Below are positions 9,801 through 20,143 of a DNA stretch of 64,000 nucleotides, piece by piece (positions within the stretch are counted from its first letter, which is position 1; every line of letters begins with the position of its first letter). The notes beneath the pieces were generated by a model that had not been told where the DNA came from, did not search any database, and saw nothing but the letters and a program-made list of their open reading frames with translations. The stretch is from positions 159,403 through 223,402 of IMG/VR virus record IMGVR_UViG_3300007513_000004. One strand, 5' to 3'. The position numbers and the translations under genes are program-made.

Positions 9801-12800
9801 CACAAAACTCTATATTATCAACAAGGAAGTCTTGAAGCATTTCTTTGCTAACATCTGAAAATTTATCATTTATCCTAACCGGGACTGGTCCGCCAAACTT
9901 ATAAATATTTGGAGCTTCAAGGCCATCTACGAATAAATGCATTTCATCTTTTTCATAAAGAGTATTTAGCCTCCAACTTGCAGATATATGATGAAGATCT
10001 CCTGGCTCAAAGTCTTTTATGTTTGTCGCAATATTATACATATTCACATCACCTCTTGAAGTCTGTGAATTATCATAAATTCTGAAATTCATAAATCCTT
10101 TGCCATCTTTAAATATTGATATTCTATTTTCAGAATCACTTTCGCCGCTATCAAACAAGTATCTTAATTTATCCGATGTAAAATAAACTTCGTCTACATC
10201 ATATTCTGATTCTGATGCATATCCATAAGCATCAGCATATCCATCTTCATCACAATCCATATACCCATCGGCATAAGCATCAGCATATCCATCTGCCTCT
10301 CCAATTACGGATAAAGAAAATTCAATTTTAGAATCAGTACTTATAAAGATATCTCCATCCTCTAAAGTTGTAACCCCATCTTCGTGTCGTCCACTAAACT
10401 CTATAAGGCCTATATCTATAAGGTTTCCAGAGTAATTATCATGAAAATTATTTGCATCAACCAAGGATCCATCAAGCAGGTGTATTCCCAAGAAAGGCTC
10501 ATTTAATATTTCGCATTCATCTATATCTTTTGATGAAAAATCATCAAAAGTAAGCCTGCTCAAGACAAATGTATCAGATTCTATTGTTATTATCTCGTTT
10601 TCATAATCTTTTGACAGAATAAGACTATCAAACAATCCTACATCCCAATTCATATAGGCTATATCCACTATATCGTTGGTATGGCCGTCTAGAACCAAAA
10701 CCAGCGGCTGCCCTGCATCACTTATTGCTAACGCAACCTTTATATTTAAAGCATCATCATAAACATGTATTGGAACAATACCCGTCATAACTCCAGATAC
10801 CGCCCCTTCAAATCTATCCGATGAAGAGGTTAAAATATCATAATCTAATTCTGACACCTTAAACGAAACCGTTACAGAATAATCTCCACCATGACATGGG
10901 AGTCTTGTGTATACAAAGTTACCATCTGATTCGGCATGATTACAGCTTTCCACATCATAAACTGATGGCCCCATCCGATAGACTCCGCCACTCTGAATAG
11001 TATCAAAGCCTCCATGCTTCATCCAGAGAGATGACTCAGTTTCTGTGCCTCCAAGCAATATGTTTATTAAATCCGAACTTGTTTCGTCAAGCTTTCTCCA
11101 CCCGCGCCCTGGCTCTTTTCCGTCCAAAACTCCATCGCCGCAATATCTATACTCCGCAGAGCAAACAAGGCCCGTTGGGCATCCCGACCCATCCTCATTC
11201 CTGTGCGCTCTTACTACAGATGAAAATTCACCATCTGTATTTATAGTTCCTGAAAAAGTATGATCTATTGGAACATCCGAATAGACAAACTCATAATCTC
11301 CGCCCGAGCCTCCGGACGCCTCGCAAACCCCTATTGGAACATTTACCGAGTTTCCAGCCCTGGTCCTAAAGACCCATTGACCAGCGTCTTCTGCTAGCGG
11401 AGATAAGCACAATTCGTCAAACCCTATAAAAACACCCTCTGAAGAATCTGAGTTGTACGGCAATCCAACCGACGTATCCGGGAAATCATACTTGTTTACC
11501 TCAAACGGTACACCTTTAGGGCTTCTTGCTGCAGCGCCAATATAAATATCATTTTCATTAAACCTATTATATATTGAATACTTCAACCTTCCTATATCCA
11601 CTATAGACTTTGCAGACCTATCTAGCGTTCCTGCTGCAATCTTGCCTGATAAAGCACTAGAATTATGAACAGAGCTTATGCCATCAGCTGTATTAAACCA
11701 TTTGTCAATATTAAAGGCTTCATAAATAACATCCTCTTTATCAACCCCGATAAGATCAGTATAAAATAGCTTTATAGTCTTTTTCTTAGGCCCAACAGCG
11801 CTATTTACAACAATCTCTACCAAATTATTCAAAGGATCCCTTGTAAACTTTAGATCAACAAAATCTGACATCCAATCTAATATGTAGCTTTTTGCTTCAT
11901 ATCCTAAATACTTTGTAGATTCTGGATTAGCATTTGTAAGAATGGATGCAGTCTGATAAAGCACTGTTATTTCGCCAGTTGGCAGCAGTGTATTTATTGC
12001 GGCCGAACCTTGTGCTGTCACATATTGTTGATTATCTGGAATTCTATTTATTATGAATCCAGACACAGAATCTGGAATTCTGCCTTCTACTGTATTTCCA
12101 TCTTCATCTAGAAACGCATATACTTCATATATCGCACCGCGAGTATCTAAAATTCTAAAAGCAGATGGACGATCATCAAACGCGACATCTACATCGCTTA
12201 TATATGAAAATGGTATACTAAAGTCTAAATCAATCGTAATAGACTGGAAATTCTTATCTCTAAATTTAGACAGCTCCTCAAGAGTGTCGTTGACTTTGCA
12301 GCTACAATTTCTTGTAGTATGCAGCCTATCATAAGTTGGTATTTCATTACTCTCTATATGCTCATACCCAACTCTAAATGTATATATTCTTCCACTTTCC
12401 GGATTGCATAATGGTCTTAATGAAAACAGCATAAACAGCAATTTATTCGTATCTCCCATAGATATAAACGCTGGGCTGCTAAACCTAAGAAGGTCTAATT
12501 CGCTACCCTCTGCCAAGAGGCCTCTAGAGGAGTCAGACATGGATCTTCCGAGTCCAAGGATACCCAAGGATGCCTTATTAAACGCAATGTCCTCAGAGGG
12601 CTTTCTGCGTGGAGGGTTTATTACTTCTGGGGCAGAAAAATTAGACACCTTTAATGATATGTCCATCTCTGTTTTTACAATCCTACTGATAGAATCTTCT
12701 TGTTTGACCAAGACAAAAGCACCAATGCTTTCTTCCTCTTCCCCTCCTCGCTCATCAACCCAAGAGCTTGTATAGTTATGCAGAGTTATGCTTGGAAGCG

Positions 12801-15800
12801 AATTGTCCACCCCTCCTATGACATGATCTGAAGCCAAAACCCCAAAATTATTATCATAATTAAATGGATTGGTTCCAAGTTTGTAAACATAATTTTTGGT
12901 ACCAATATTGTCTATATCTATAGTTAAAGTTGCATCATTATCAATTCCGGCCCACTCCGGGCAAATCCATGCCGAAAGCGTTCCTTCGCTCAAATTAATA
13001 TTCGAAAGAGAAGGGGTCTGTATAACGATATCGTCATTTATCATAACCCCCTCATTAAACTTGCAGGATTTAAACTCCAAAATTCCATCTGCACTCAATG
13101 TTCCGGGGTGTAAATAATCTCTGCCCAAAATCCAGCTTCCAAATACAGACTCTGTAATCTCAGGGGTTATGTCTGTAAAAGATTTTATCAAAGACTTAAA
13201 AGAAGGTGTGGTTGGCCCGTTTGTAAAGGCTTGCATCGTTCCCGCTAAAGCATTTCTATAAAGCTCTCTATCTGCAGTTATTGGAAATCTTTGAAAAAAC
13301 GGAATCTTAGTTAATATTCCAAAATTTTTCTTCAAAGCATCTCTCAATGCTCCAAATTTGTATGTAACAAAATATGTTTCACCCTCTGATATTGCACTTC
13401 CTATGGACCAATCTACTTCATTATCTCCATACTCATATGAAATATAGATATCGTCATATGAATATACATAGCCAAGGAAAAGCCTGCCAGCCCTGAAGTC
13501 AACACCAACTTCGGTTCCTATCTTCGGAACAAAGGTGGTCTTGTATATAACCTCAACTGGATCACCAGAATTAACATATGAGTCGGCCGGAATAGTGATT
13601 GTGATTCCAGAATCAGCTTTGTCCGTCTGAGCCTTAACGATAACCTGGGCGCTGCCCAAGTCTGGCGAATCTGCCTCAACATTATTCTCTGCTGGAACAG
13701 AAACTGTTATATTGGATAATTCTGCATCAAAACCTGTTATCGCAAATCGACTGCCTCCTTCGTCTAGTAAGAAATCTCCATCAAAATCTATGTCGTCCAG
13801 AATGGGGCCTGACTTTATTTCTACAACAACTTCATCGCCCGATTCTTCTGCAAAAACTATCTCTAAATCATCTATTTTAACAACATTTAATTTATCATTA
13901 AAAATTTCAGAACCTGTTGGCGTATGTATTATTTTATAAATTTCGTCAAATTCAGAATCATTTATTGTAATCAAATAATCATCACCACTACTAAGTAACC
14001 TTGTGCTATAACTCTTTTTTAAGTCTATAACATTATCTTCAAAAGACATAAATGTAGTATCAAAGATATTTCCGCCACCGTCTTTTACGAGCTCCTTTAC
14101 AACGTCTGACCCCAAGTCTTCAAGCCTACTAGCCTCTGCTTCGTAGGTTAACCTTGACCCCTCTAAGAGCCCCGTTGAGTACACCCCGTTTACCTCAGAG
14201 ACTTTCATGGGCAAGACCACTGTAAAGTCATCCAAAACAACACAAACATCTTGAAGGTTTCCATTAAAATCTATGGCCGTAGTTTCTCCGTCCGGAAGCA
14301 AAACAGTATTTTCTAAATCAAGTAAAGAAATAGTGCTGCTAGTATTTGATGGCTCATCATAAATTTTTGTAGCATCTTCCAAAGTATCTGAAGAAACTAA
14401 CTTCTTCGAAGCCTCTACAATACTTATTATATTGGTATTGAAAGGCGTAATTGAATTATAATTATAGTTAATATAACCTAATTCATAATCTTGATCATAA
14501 GATGTTGCCAAATAAACCTGGCCATGCCTATAGTCTACACAGTAATCTCCAACTTTGCGCAAACGAGATAGGTTTTCAAAAAAGCCTTCTCCTTTTGACG
14601 ATAATATTTCAGAAGTCAAACTATCATCCGAAGCTCTGCTCACTCCTGGGTTTGAATTAATATCCCCAAAGTACTTCTCTCTTGCAAAAAGATCTGTTTT
14701 TGTAAATTCAATTGATGTATTTATATACGATCCAATTGCATCTCCTGAGCCATTTATAATATAATTATTATCCAAGCTAAAGGCCAACCCCTTTGGACCT
14801 ATAGTTACATCTTCATTCAAACTTGGCGCTGTAGCTGTAGAGTTTATAGACACTGAGCTGATCAGGTTGTCAGAATCTGGCGTTCCAAAAAACTTAATTT
14901 GTAAATCTTCAATATCATCAGAGCCGTCTAACCCCGTACTTCTTATGAAATAATCTTGAGAATTTTGATCAATTAATTCAGCAGGAATTCCCGGTGAGAA
15001 TTGAATACTGCTATTAGACGCATTTGCTGTTATGGTTATAGAAAATGTTGGACAAACAAATTCTCCAATTGGCTCTAATCTTTCCAACTCTATTAAATCA
15101 AACTTTGCTAACTCATTCTCTTCTGTCCTGAACTCTGGAGAACGAGAGCCTGTAAAGTAAATCTCATCCCTTGTATTATATAGAGGCAGATAAACCTCTC
15201 CAGTTGTTTGGTTAAAAACTCTAAATACATTTGTTACTGGCGTATTTTGTGGACTTATGATAAATGAAGATACAAAATTATTTTCTACATGCTCGTTAAA
15301 TACCTCTGTATGGCAAGGAGCTCTGTAATCAACATCCTCGACATAGACCTTATCGTAATTAAAGTCTATATTTACACCTTCTCCAACTAAGCTTCTGTTG
15401 CTTGCGGCAACAAACTCATTATCTTTTATATAAAAATCTAGATTTCTAGAAAATGAATTTCTATATAAATATTCTGCAACATTATTATTAGACCCAGTGC
15501 CATCCCCGATCTCTTCGGCTCCGACCACTATAACCTCTCCTGTTGCATAATTTACTGCAAACTCACCAACTCTAGAAGGTAACTTTGAAGCATTGAAAAC
15601 AAGCTCTAACTGAAACTCATCTGGAATTTCTGATAAATTCTCTCCTGCCTTAAAAGCTATACCGCCCGTCTCTGGTATTTCATTTTCATAATTTACTATT
15701 GGAGCGTTTTCTAAGAAAAATCTTGTAATATTGGTAGGAATAGACTCTGTTTCGGCTTCTTTAAGATTATATACTTCTATTGAATTTTCATTAACGTCTA

Positions 15801-16800
15801 TCCCTGTATCTCTATAAAGATACGATACCAAAATAGTATCCCCTACAGTTGGTTCGTCTATATTTCCAAATTCTGATAACAAAACCCCATCTGTATCAAG
15901 ATCACTGTTGCTAAAAGCATATATTGGATCATATCGATTGTCAGATATTGAATACTTATAAAGTGAAATACCATACTCTGTGCCTATTTCTCCATCACAG
16001 TCTTCTTCGTCTGTAGACTTTATATGCTTTAGACCCACTATCTTTATTACATTTTTATTAACCAAGGATAGAAGAAAGCCTTTAAACCAATTGCCTTCGG
16101 ATGAAATAGATATCTCTTCTTCTTCTACATATATTTCTTGCAAAGAAATGGGATGATCCGGAATAGAATCGTGCATATCTATATCAGAATCTTCACTATA
16201 TTCTAACGATTTGAAGGTCAAGTTTCCAGCTGTTCTGCTTGAGGAAATACGATCTATTTCATATACCCCCTCATTTGCCAGCCGATCTGTTGCTCCAGAG
16301 CTTCTCGTTCTACGCTCGTCCTTAACACTTGTTGAGATATAATTATCGCTTAATACTTCTCCAATATGCTTTTGAGCCTGAAACAGCTCTTCTGATTGAG
16401 CGTTAATTAAATTATTTATATTTGTATTTTCAAGATCATAAAGCTTTGGAATATTCAAGACCATGCGGTCTCTAATTGGATTATGATTCTTAAGACCTAC
16501 AAAGTACAGCTCCCTGCTTACATCGTCATTTATTAACGGAGTACCGGAAGATGCGGCAAAAGGAATCTCATCTGTGTCTAATAACTTTAATATATAAAAG
16601 TTGCCTGCAACCTGTGGCTTTGTTCTTACAATTACAGACTTCTCTTCCACAGTAACTTGCGTTACTTCTAAATTATCTACATTACCACTAACCGACTCAA
16701 CCAAGAAGTGATCTTGGTTCAGCAGCTCTGTTAACTCTTTATTAAAAGTTACTTTTAGTTCAGTACTCGATGGTATTGAAAAAGAAACTGGTCTAAGCAT
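6841..16800 (-). CDS. Giant baseplate wedge protein (P2 gpI / T4 gp7-like position) with Ig-like and LamG/ConA-like domains (3319 aa)
   Basis: Follows the baseplate J gene. Helical wedge-like block (ELYRNALAGTMQAFTNGPTTPSFKSLIKSFTDITPEITE) and C-terminal LKPAHS motif. N-terminal SSTELKVTFNKEL Ig-like start. LamG signatures GTIEFWISP, WHRVMCTY...LFVDG and IG...GGTIDEFRI. Confidence 0.7.
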   Translation of the reverse strand: MLRPVSFSIPSSTELKVTFNKELTELLNQDHFLVESVSGNVDNLEVTQVTVEEKSVIVRTKPQVAGNFYILKLLDTDEIPFAASSGTPLINDDVSRELYFVGLKNHNPIRDRMVLNIPKLYDLENTNINNLINAQSEELFQAQKHIGEVLSDNYISTSVKDERRTRSSGATDRLANEGVYEIDRISSSRTAGNLTFKSLEYSEDSDIDMHDSIPDHPISLQEIYVEEEEISISSEGNWFKGFLLSLVNKNVIKIVGLKHIKSTDEEDCDGEIGTEYGISLYKYSISDNRYDPIYAFSNSDLDTDGVLLSEFGNIDEPTVGDTILVSYLYRDTGIDVNENSIEVYNLKEAETESIPTNITRFFLENAPIVNYENEIPETGGIAFKAGENLSEIPDEFQLELVFNASKLPSRVGEFAVNYATGEVIVVGAEEIGDGTGSNNNVAEYLYRNSFSRNLDFYIKDNEFVAASNRSLVGEGVNIDFNYDKVYVEDVDYRAPCHTEVFNEHVENNFVSSFIISPQNTPVTNVFRVFNQTTGEVYLPLYNTRDEIYFTGSRSPEFRTEENELAKFDLIELERLEPIGEFVCPTFSITITANASNSSIQFSPGIPAELIDQNSQDYFIRSTGLDGSDDIEDLQIKFFGTPDSDNLISSVSINSTATAPSLNEDVTIGPKGLAFSLDNNYIINGSGDAIGSYINTSIEFTKTDLFAREKYFGDINSNPGVSRASDDSLTSEILSSKGEGFFENLSRLRKVGDYCVDYRHGQVYLATSYDQDYELGYINYNYNSITPFNTNIISIVEASKKLVSSDTLEDATKIYDEPSNTSSTISLLDLENTVLLPDGETTAIDFNGNLQDVCVVLDDFTVVLPMKVSEVNGVYSTGLLEGSRLTYEAEASRLEDLGSDVVKELVKDGGGNIFDTTFMSFEDNVIDLKKSYSTRLLSSGDDYLITINDSEFDEIYKIIHTPTGSEIFNDKLNVVKIDDLEIVFAEESGDEVVVEIKSGPILDDIDFDGDFLLDEGGSRFAITGFDAELSNITVSVPAENNVEADSPDLGSAQVIVKAQTDKADSGITITIPADSYVNSGDPVEVIYKTTFVPKIGTEVGVDFRAGRLFLGYVYSYDDIYISYEYGDNEVDWSIGSAISEGETYFVTYKFGALRDALKKNFGILTKIPFFQRFPITADRELYRNALAGTMQAFTNGPTTPSFKSLIKSFTDITPEITESVFGSWILGRDYLHPGTLSADGILEFKSCKFNEGVMINDDIVIQTPSLSNINLSEGTLSAWICPEWAGIDNDATLTIDIDNIGTKNYVYKLGTNPFNYDNNFGVLASDHVIGGVDNSLPSITLHNYTSSWVDERGGEEEESIGAFVLVKQEDSISRIVKTEMDISLKVSNFSAPEVINPPRRKPSEDIAFNKASLGILGLGRSMSDSSRGLLAEGSELDLLRFSSPAFISMGDTNKLLFMLFSLRPLCNPESGRIYTFRVGYEHIESNEIPTYDRLHTTRNCSCKVNDTLEELSKFRDKNFQSITIDLDFSIPFSYISDVDVAFDDRPSAFRILDTRGAIYEVYAFLDEDGNTVEGRIPDSVSGFIINRIPDNQQYVTAQGSAAINTLLPTGEITVLYQTASILTNANPESTKYLGYEAKSYILDWMSDFVDLKFTRDPLNNLVEIVVNSAVGPKKKTIKLFYTDLIGVDKEDVIYEAFNIDKWFNTADGISSVHNSSALSGKIAAGTLDRSAKSIVDIGRLKYSIYNRFNENDIYIGAAARSPKGVPFEVNKYDFPDTSVGLPYNSDSSEGVFIGFDELCLSPLAEDAGQWVFRTRAGNSVNVPIGVCEASGGSGGDYEFVYSDVPIDHTFSGTINTDGEFSSVVRAHRNEDGSGCPTGLVCSAEYRYCGDGVLDGKEPGRGWRKLDETSSDLINILLGGTETESSLWMKHGGFDTIQSGGVYRMGPSVYDVESCNHAESDGNFVYTRLPCHGGDYSVTVSFKVSELDYDILTSSSDRFEGAVSGVMTGIVPIHVYDDALNIKVALAISDAGQPLVLVLDGHTNDIVDIAYMNWDVGLFDSLILSKDYENEIITIESDTFVLSRLTFDDFSSKDIDECEILNEPFLGIHLLDGSLVDANNFHDNYSGNLIDIGLIEFSGRHEDGVTTLEDGDIFISTDSKIEFSLSVIGEADGYADAYADGYMDCDEDGYADAYGYASESEYDVDEVYFTSDKLRYLFDSGESDSENRISIFKDGKGFMNFRIYDNSQTSRGDVNMYNIATNIKDFEPGDLHHISASWRLNTLYEKDEMHLFVDGLEAPNIYKFGGPVPVRINDKFSDVSKEMLQDFLVDNIEFCDIFTDGTILADSSSFTSSKAGFSQEMVGRSIIFLESTVAASYVGQEFIINSVDGDDVTFVSGLSLDTVTFDASASDIKFMFPPTAGIKEDIATDFRNSSFAIFRTDCEGNETELGGILYTVDGGSISIVSGENVINPQYRVNIATKVVEFVGKDADCNFNSTIDFSDLNIHIETFGLVYANCNDIISLSSSSYYRLDEKPYDVKSGKSVILAHAAEPVSLEDVTVRRIVLPRTIPTLDSIVEEEDFLHRSIFEIDLEGDDGHHLLICQPVQVYKKNLGRYLSIKFDSDNTAFCEKDIEGYPEGYMDDIYTNKITVYGETIDGTDEEVFSIRGNGTIKGKKLFKSVSKMVGEIYLADPDYEPYVVELIETNPITVSDNGGEYAEVFEYSNGSLILTAAGSNGFYPFELHPGDYYLNYPAFLNIKLPKVGDHLYIGCDRNEAGQFGGTIDEFRIITEMSSDTRPTQSDTDGTRSVTEDFLNPNPHCPDDQTLALIHFDDPIALQSRRLRQKEFLNTESNFKFKLDLEDREKLLKYINDEDMFVSTMVRMGFDKDTAIEAYIECHYAQDGPLFNETKLIRSDDMLVSENSVNDNFGLSARFFNTQPLVINNRLSYFRRKEGTIEFWISPVLDTIGDEVERYYVDIYSVTRKRVTSFSPTIIDLPTPAKEVVSVQLLQDSQEFSEFYSQDEIDKILFDEIYRSETTGRLTGGTGIEKDFSIGSKLSADGKRLFLTDALPGSKVDVLVSYIPRSLSGDRVSVYKNERSQIVFSIIANGSTNIICKDIDWNRNTWHRVMCTYRTNSASDTMRLFVDGVESGFITYGQEGVIYGTGFVYGQTTQQEGASRQIDYNIKLGDDFRLVCVGSDAFERKSALSRMDNIRFSRTMRSTFKDPAGDYIDPNYSSNTDTVMPVVKDDATTLMLNFEQESEEDFYATVVDPSKGIFNFDIEVADNFGKINSDEVEDLIVELVDRLKPAHSNALIKFPREPC
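10224..10294. repeat. 23-bp exact direct repeat (10224-10246 and 10272-10294) encoding DGYADAY twice
   Basis: cataagcatcagcatatccatct occurs twice with a 48-bp period. Confidence 0.9.
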
Positions 16801-16808
16801 ACCCTTAC

Positions 16809-19800
16809 CTAATTAATTCTAAATTTGTTTCTAGATACAGCCTCAAAAACAATAGTGCCAGGAGATATAGTTTGATTATCTAGCGCTCTAATAAAAGCCT
16901 TCCTTCCTGTTTTATCAGACTCATTAAATAATGAAATATTAACTGAGTCAACACCATTTTCTGCAGCAACAACGGCAATTATATCAGAATAATCAACAAC
17001 CGTTCCAAGTTTTGATGTGTTTAAAAGGTTTGAAACAGAATTTGTAGCATTTTCAACAATTTTTCCAGCCTCTCCAAGAGCGTTATCATTTATCAAAATT
17101 GTTCCTTCAACGTCTATTGTCAATTCCTCTGCCTCTTTAATAAGAATGTCTGCAGTGACAGGCCTAACCCTCTCAATCTCTATAGTAGAGCTTGTTATTA
17201 GCTTATTAACATTATATGATATTGAAATTCTCTCACCTTCTTTTGGAGCCAAAAAATCATAATCAACATAATATGTATTTCCATTTCCAGGCTGACTTAT
17301 CGGATTAACCTCAATGCTTCCCACCAAGTTTCCTGCAATAGATCTAAATCCAGATGATACAGATATCATGTCTATACGGCCAAATTGATTATCGGTAATT
17401 CTATGTCCAGAATCCGTAAAATATAATTCTTCATAAGCTTCGCTATTGTATACCAAAATAACTACCCTTACTACGTCTGAAGAGCTTAGCGAAATAGAGT
17501 TATTATTAGATGTTGACGGCAATGTAACCTCGTAATTTTCCAAATCTGAGTCTACCTGACCTGTGCCAATATCATATGTTATATCGTTTAGATAATATCC
17601 TAGCAAGTCAAACTCTTCATCCATCTCTCCGTCCGAATCCAACGTATATACGTGATCAACCCTTGCTATGCCTACATTGCCGGGTATAGAAGTAAGGCCC
17701 AAAGCTGTTTTTAACTCAGACTCTATATCTAAAGTTAACCCGCTCATAGATACTCCGGCCGCAATATCTATTTCGTACCTATTCATGGTTACCCCAGAAA
17801 TCTTTACCTTTCCTGGTTTTGAAATTCCAGATATTCCAACATCAATTTTTGTTGGGCCAAATCTGGCTATAGAAACTTCATCAGAACTTGTATCATAATT
17901 GAAAAATATAGGCTGATTTGTGCCAGAAGTCTCTGCCTGCCCCAGTCCTGATAATTCGTTTGAAGCTCCGCCACCCGTTATTGGAAGGTTTCCCAGGGTG
18001 GTTTTTGGATAAATAGAGTTTATATCTGCAACATAACTTACATAAATTGAATCACCAGATAAATACAGATCTTCTACTGTATCTAAAACCTCTTCTGTAT
18101 CTAAAATACTATCTGAAGGCAATGTTATTATATTGTTATAAAATGACCCATCGGTTCTGTCTACATCAAACACCTCTACTTTGTTATAGTGTATAATAAT
18201 CTCATCGTCTATCGCTCCTGGAGAATCTGATGGAAGATAAATAATTCTTGCAACAAATGATCCATCTGCCTCCTTTGTATTATAAAGCTCTAGACCATCA
18301 CTTTCTCTTCTTATTGATATTACATTTTCTATAGCGTCCTCTTCAGAGTCGATCTCTATCCCTACAACATCTGTAACCCCTACTGTATCAACTACGCTTA
18401 TAGATCCTGATAATTCTATTTTCTGATAAGCAGAAATAACCTTATTAATATTATATCCAAGCTCTACCTCATAAACCAATTCATCATCTGACTTGGTTAT
18501 GACAGACTCTTCTTCAAAGATGCCCCCCGATGGAGTCCAGTCTATAGAGTCTGATGCAGATGGATCTTGAAACTGCGAAAGACTATCTGATCCACCATAG
18601 TCAACATATTTATCATAAACTTGTCTCCATGTATAATTTACACTTAAAACATCCGCAGGAGTTGGAAGGGATCGTCCAGAAATCTCTATAACGCCCTCAT
18701 TATTTAGCCCGTCTGAGTCTAAATTTTGATCAACTACAGAATATAGCTCTCCAGTTGTTTTGTTTTGAACCTTGCTAACTCTAACGGCAGGGGTGTGCAT
18801 TAATCGTACAAACTCTTTTCCTGCAGAACTAACTTCTGAATTTTCTCCGACCTCATTTATATCCCTATACACTTGTATTATATTATCTATATCTGTAAAG
18901 GAAAGAGGGTCAATACTAAAGGATCCAGCCTTAGTGATTCCTTCTCCTGATACAATCTTTGTATTAGATACAAAGTGAATTTTATCAAACCCAAAAGGAC
19001 TTCCTCCAGTTTCTGGATTTAAATCTTTTTCTAATTCAAAATTTCCATGAGTTATTCCATCACTATCAACGAATGCCTCTACCAGTGTCCCAGAAGAGCT
19101 ACCGACTACCGATATTATAGAGTCAATCGGCTGAGCAGGCAATGTTCCGTTTTTAAAAGCTAAGACCCTCCTCTCTTCAGAGGTTCTCGTTGGATCCTGT
19201 CCTGTTTGGCCAAGTATATGATCATTTCTTTCATCAATAATATTTCCAGAGCCAGATAGGTCTGTAAAAATAAATGATTCAGAAATTGCCTCTACTTTTC
19301 TTCCTAGGATATAGGCATCTACTTTGCCTCCAGTTCCAGAGCTTATGATTCTGTCCGTCCCATCCCCTGTCTCTAGAGTTTCGGTTCCATCTCTCAGCAT
19401 CAATGTATCACCGGGCTCTACTATTAGAGCATCTAAAACCCCATTGACGCCCAAGAGGGAGTTTCTATATCCTGCCGAAGTTCCTACATTTGCTCCGCTA
19501 AAAACTGCTAAGATTCTAGACCTAAAAGAATCATCCGTTTCTCTATTTGTTCCACCAGTCATTGATGTTAGATTTGTAACAGATACGGCAAATGGAAGAT
19601 TGGTTGAAACAATCTGAAGAGACGCAACATTGCCTCCGGTTCCTTGCCTAACCGCTTGTACGGGAACTTCTAAAACATACGAACTATTAAGTCCGGCTAT
19701 TCTTAATCCCTTTTTCATCCTACTGGCATTGGCTGCCAATCTATTCTTATCTGTTGCAGACATTACAAAATTACCGATTGTTCTAAACTTTATTCCGTTT

Positions 19801-20135
19801 CTTGCAGTTACAAGAGTACCGGTTGGTATCGATATGTCTCCAACCAATGTATTTGTACAAAATATAACAATCCCATTAGCTGCCGAGCCGGTGTTTCTTC
19901 CTGCTCCAAAATTTGCAGCAAGCCTTTCCAGGTCTCTTCCGGAAGTTGTTGCCAAAGACTGCTTCTCTGCAACAACACCTACTGCTGAATATAATTTTGC
20001 AATCTGATCTGCTGGCAAGTCTACAAACAAATCTCTAGAAACAGTTCCAGGCTTTGTATCAAGATTTGGCTGAGTAAAGCCTAACCTCTGTATCATCGTA
20101 GACACAATTTCACTAAAAGATCTAAACGTAGCCAT
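16809..20135 (-). CDS. Baseplate J-like wedge protein (P2 gpJ / Mu gp47 / T4 gp6 family) with large internal insertion
   Basis: Canonical motif GGTNRETDDSFRSRIL, preceded by an A.GxxGN.....I segment. Position after gp25-like gene. Confidence 0.9.
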   Translation of the reverse strand: MATFRSFSEIVSTMIQRLGFTQPNLDTKPGTVSRDLFVDLPADQIAKLYSAVGVVAEKQSLATTSGRDLERLAANFGAGRNTGSAANGIVIFCTNTLVGDISIPTGTLVTARNGIKFRTIGNFVMSATDKNRLAANASRMKKGLRIAGLNSSYVLEVPVQAVRQGTGGNVASLQIVSTNLPFAVSVTNLTSMTGGTNRETDDSFRSRILAVFSGANVGTSAGYRNSLLGVNGVLDALIVEPGDTLMLRDGTETLETGDGTDRIISSGTGGKVDAYILGRKVEAISESFIFTDLSGSGNIIDERNDHILGQTGQDPTRTSEERRVLAFKNGTLPAQPIDSIISVVGSSSGTLVEAFVDSDGITHGNFELEKDLNPETGGSPFGFDKIHFVSNTKIVSGEGITKAGSFSIDPLSFTDIDNIIQVYRDINEVGENSEVSSAGKEFVRLMHTPAVRVSKVQNKTTGELYSVVDQNLDSDGLNNEGVIEISGRSLPTPADVLSVNYTWRQVYDKYVDYGGSDSLSQFQDPSASDSIDWTPSGGIFEEESVITKSDDELVYEVELGYNINKVISAYQKIELSGSISVVDTVGVTDVVGIEIDSEEDAIENVISIRRESDGLELYNTKEADGSFVARIIYLPSDSPGAIDDEIIIHYNKVEVFDVDRTDGSFYNNIITLPSDSILDTEEVLDTVEDLYLSGDSIYVSYVADINSIYPKTTLGNLPITGGGASNELSGLGQAETSGTNQPIFFNYDTSSDEVSIARFGPTKIDVGISGISKPGKVKISGVTMNRYEIDIAAGVSMSGLTLDIESELKTALGLTSIPGNVGIARVDHVYTLDSDGEMDEEFDLLGYYLNDITYDIGTGQVDSDLENYEVTLPSTSNNNSISLSSSDVVRVVILVYNSEAYEELYFTDSGHRITDNQFGRIDMISVSSGFRSIAGNLVGSIEVNPISQPGNGNTYYVDYDFLAPKEGERISISYNVNKLITSSTIEIERVRPVTADILIKEAEELTIDVEGTILINDNALGEAGKIVENATNSVSNLLNTSKLGTVVDYSDIIAVVAAENGVDSVNISLFNESDKTGRKAFIRALDNQTISPGTIVFEAVSRNKFRIN

Positions 20136-20143
20136 TATTACCC

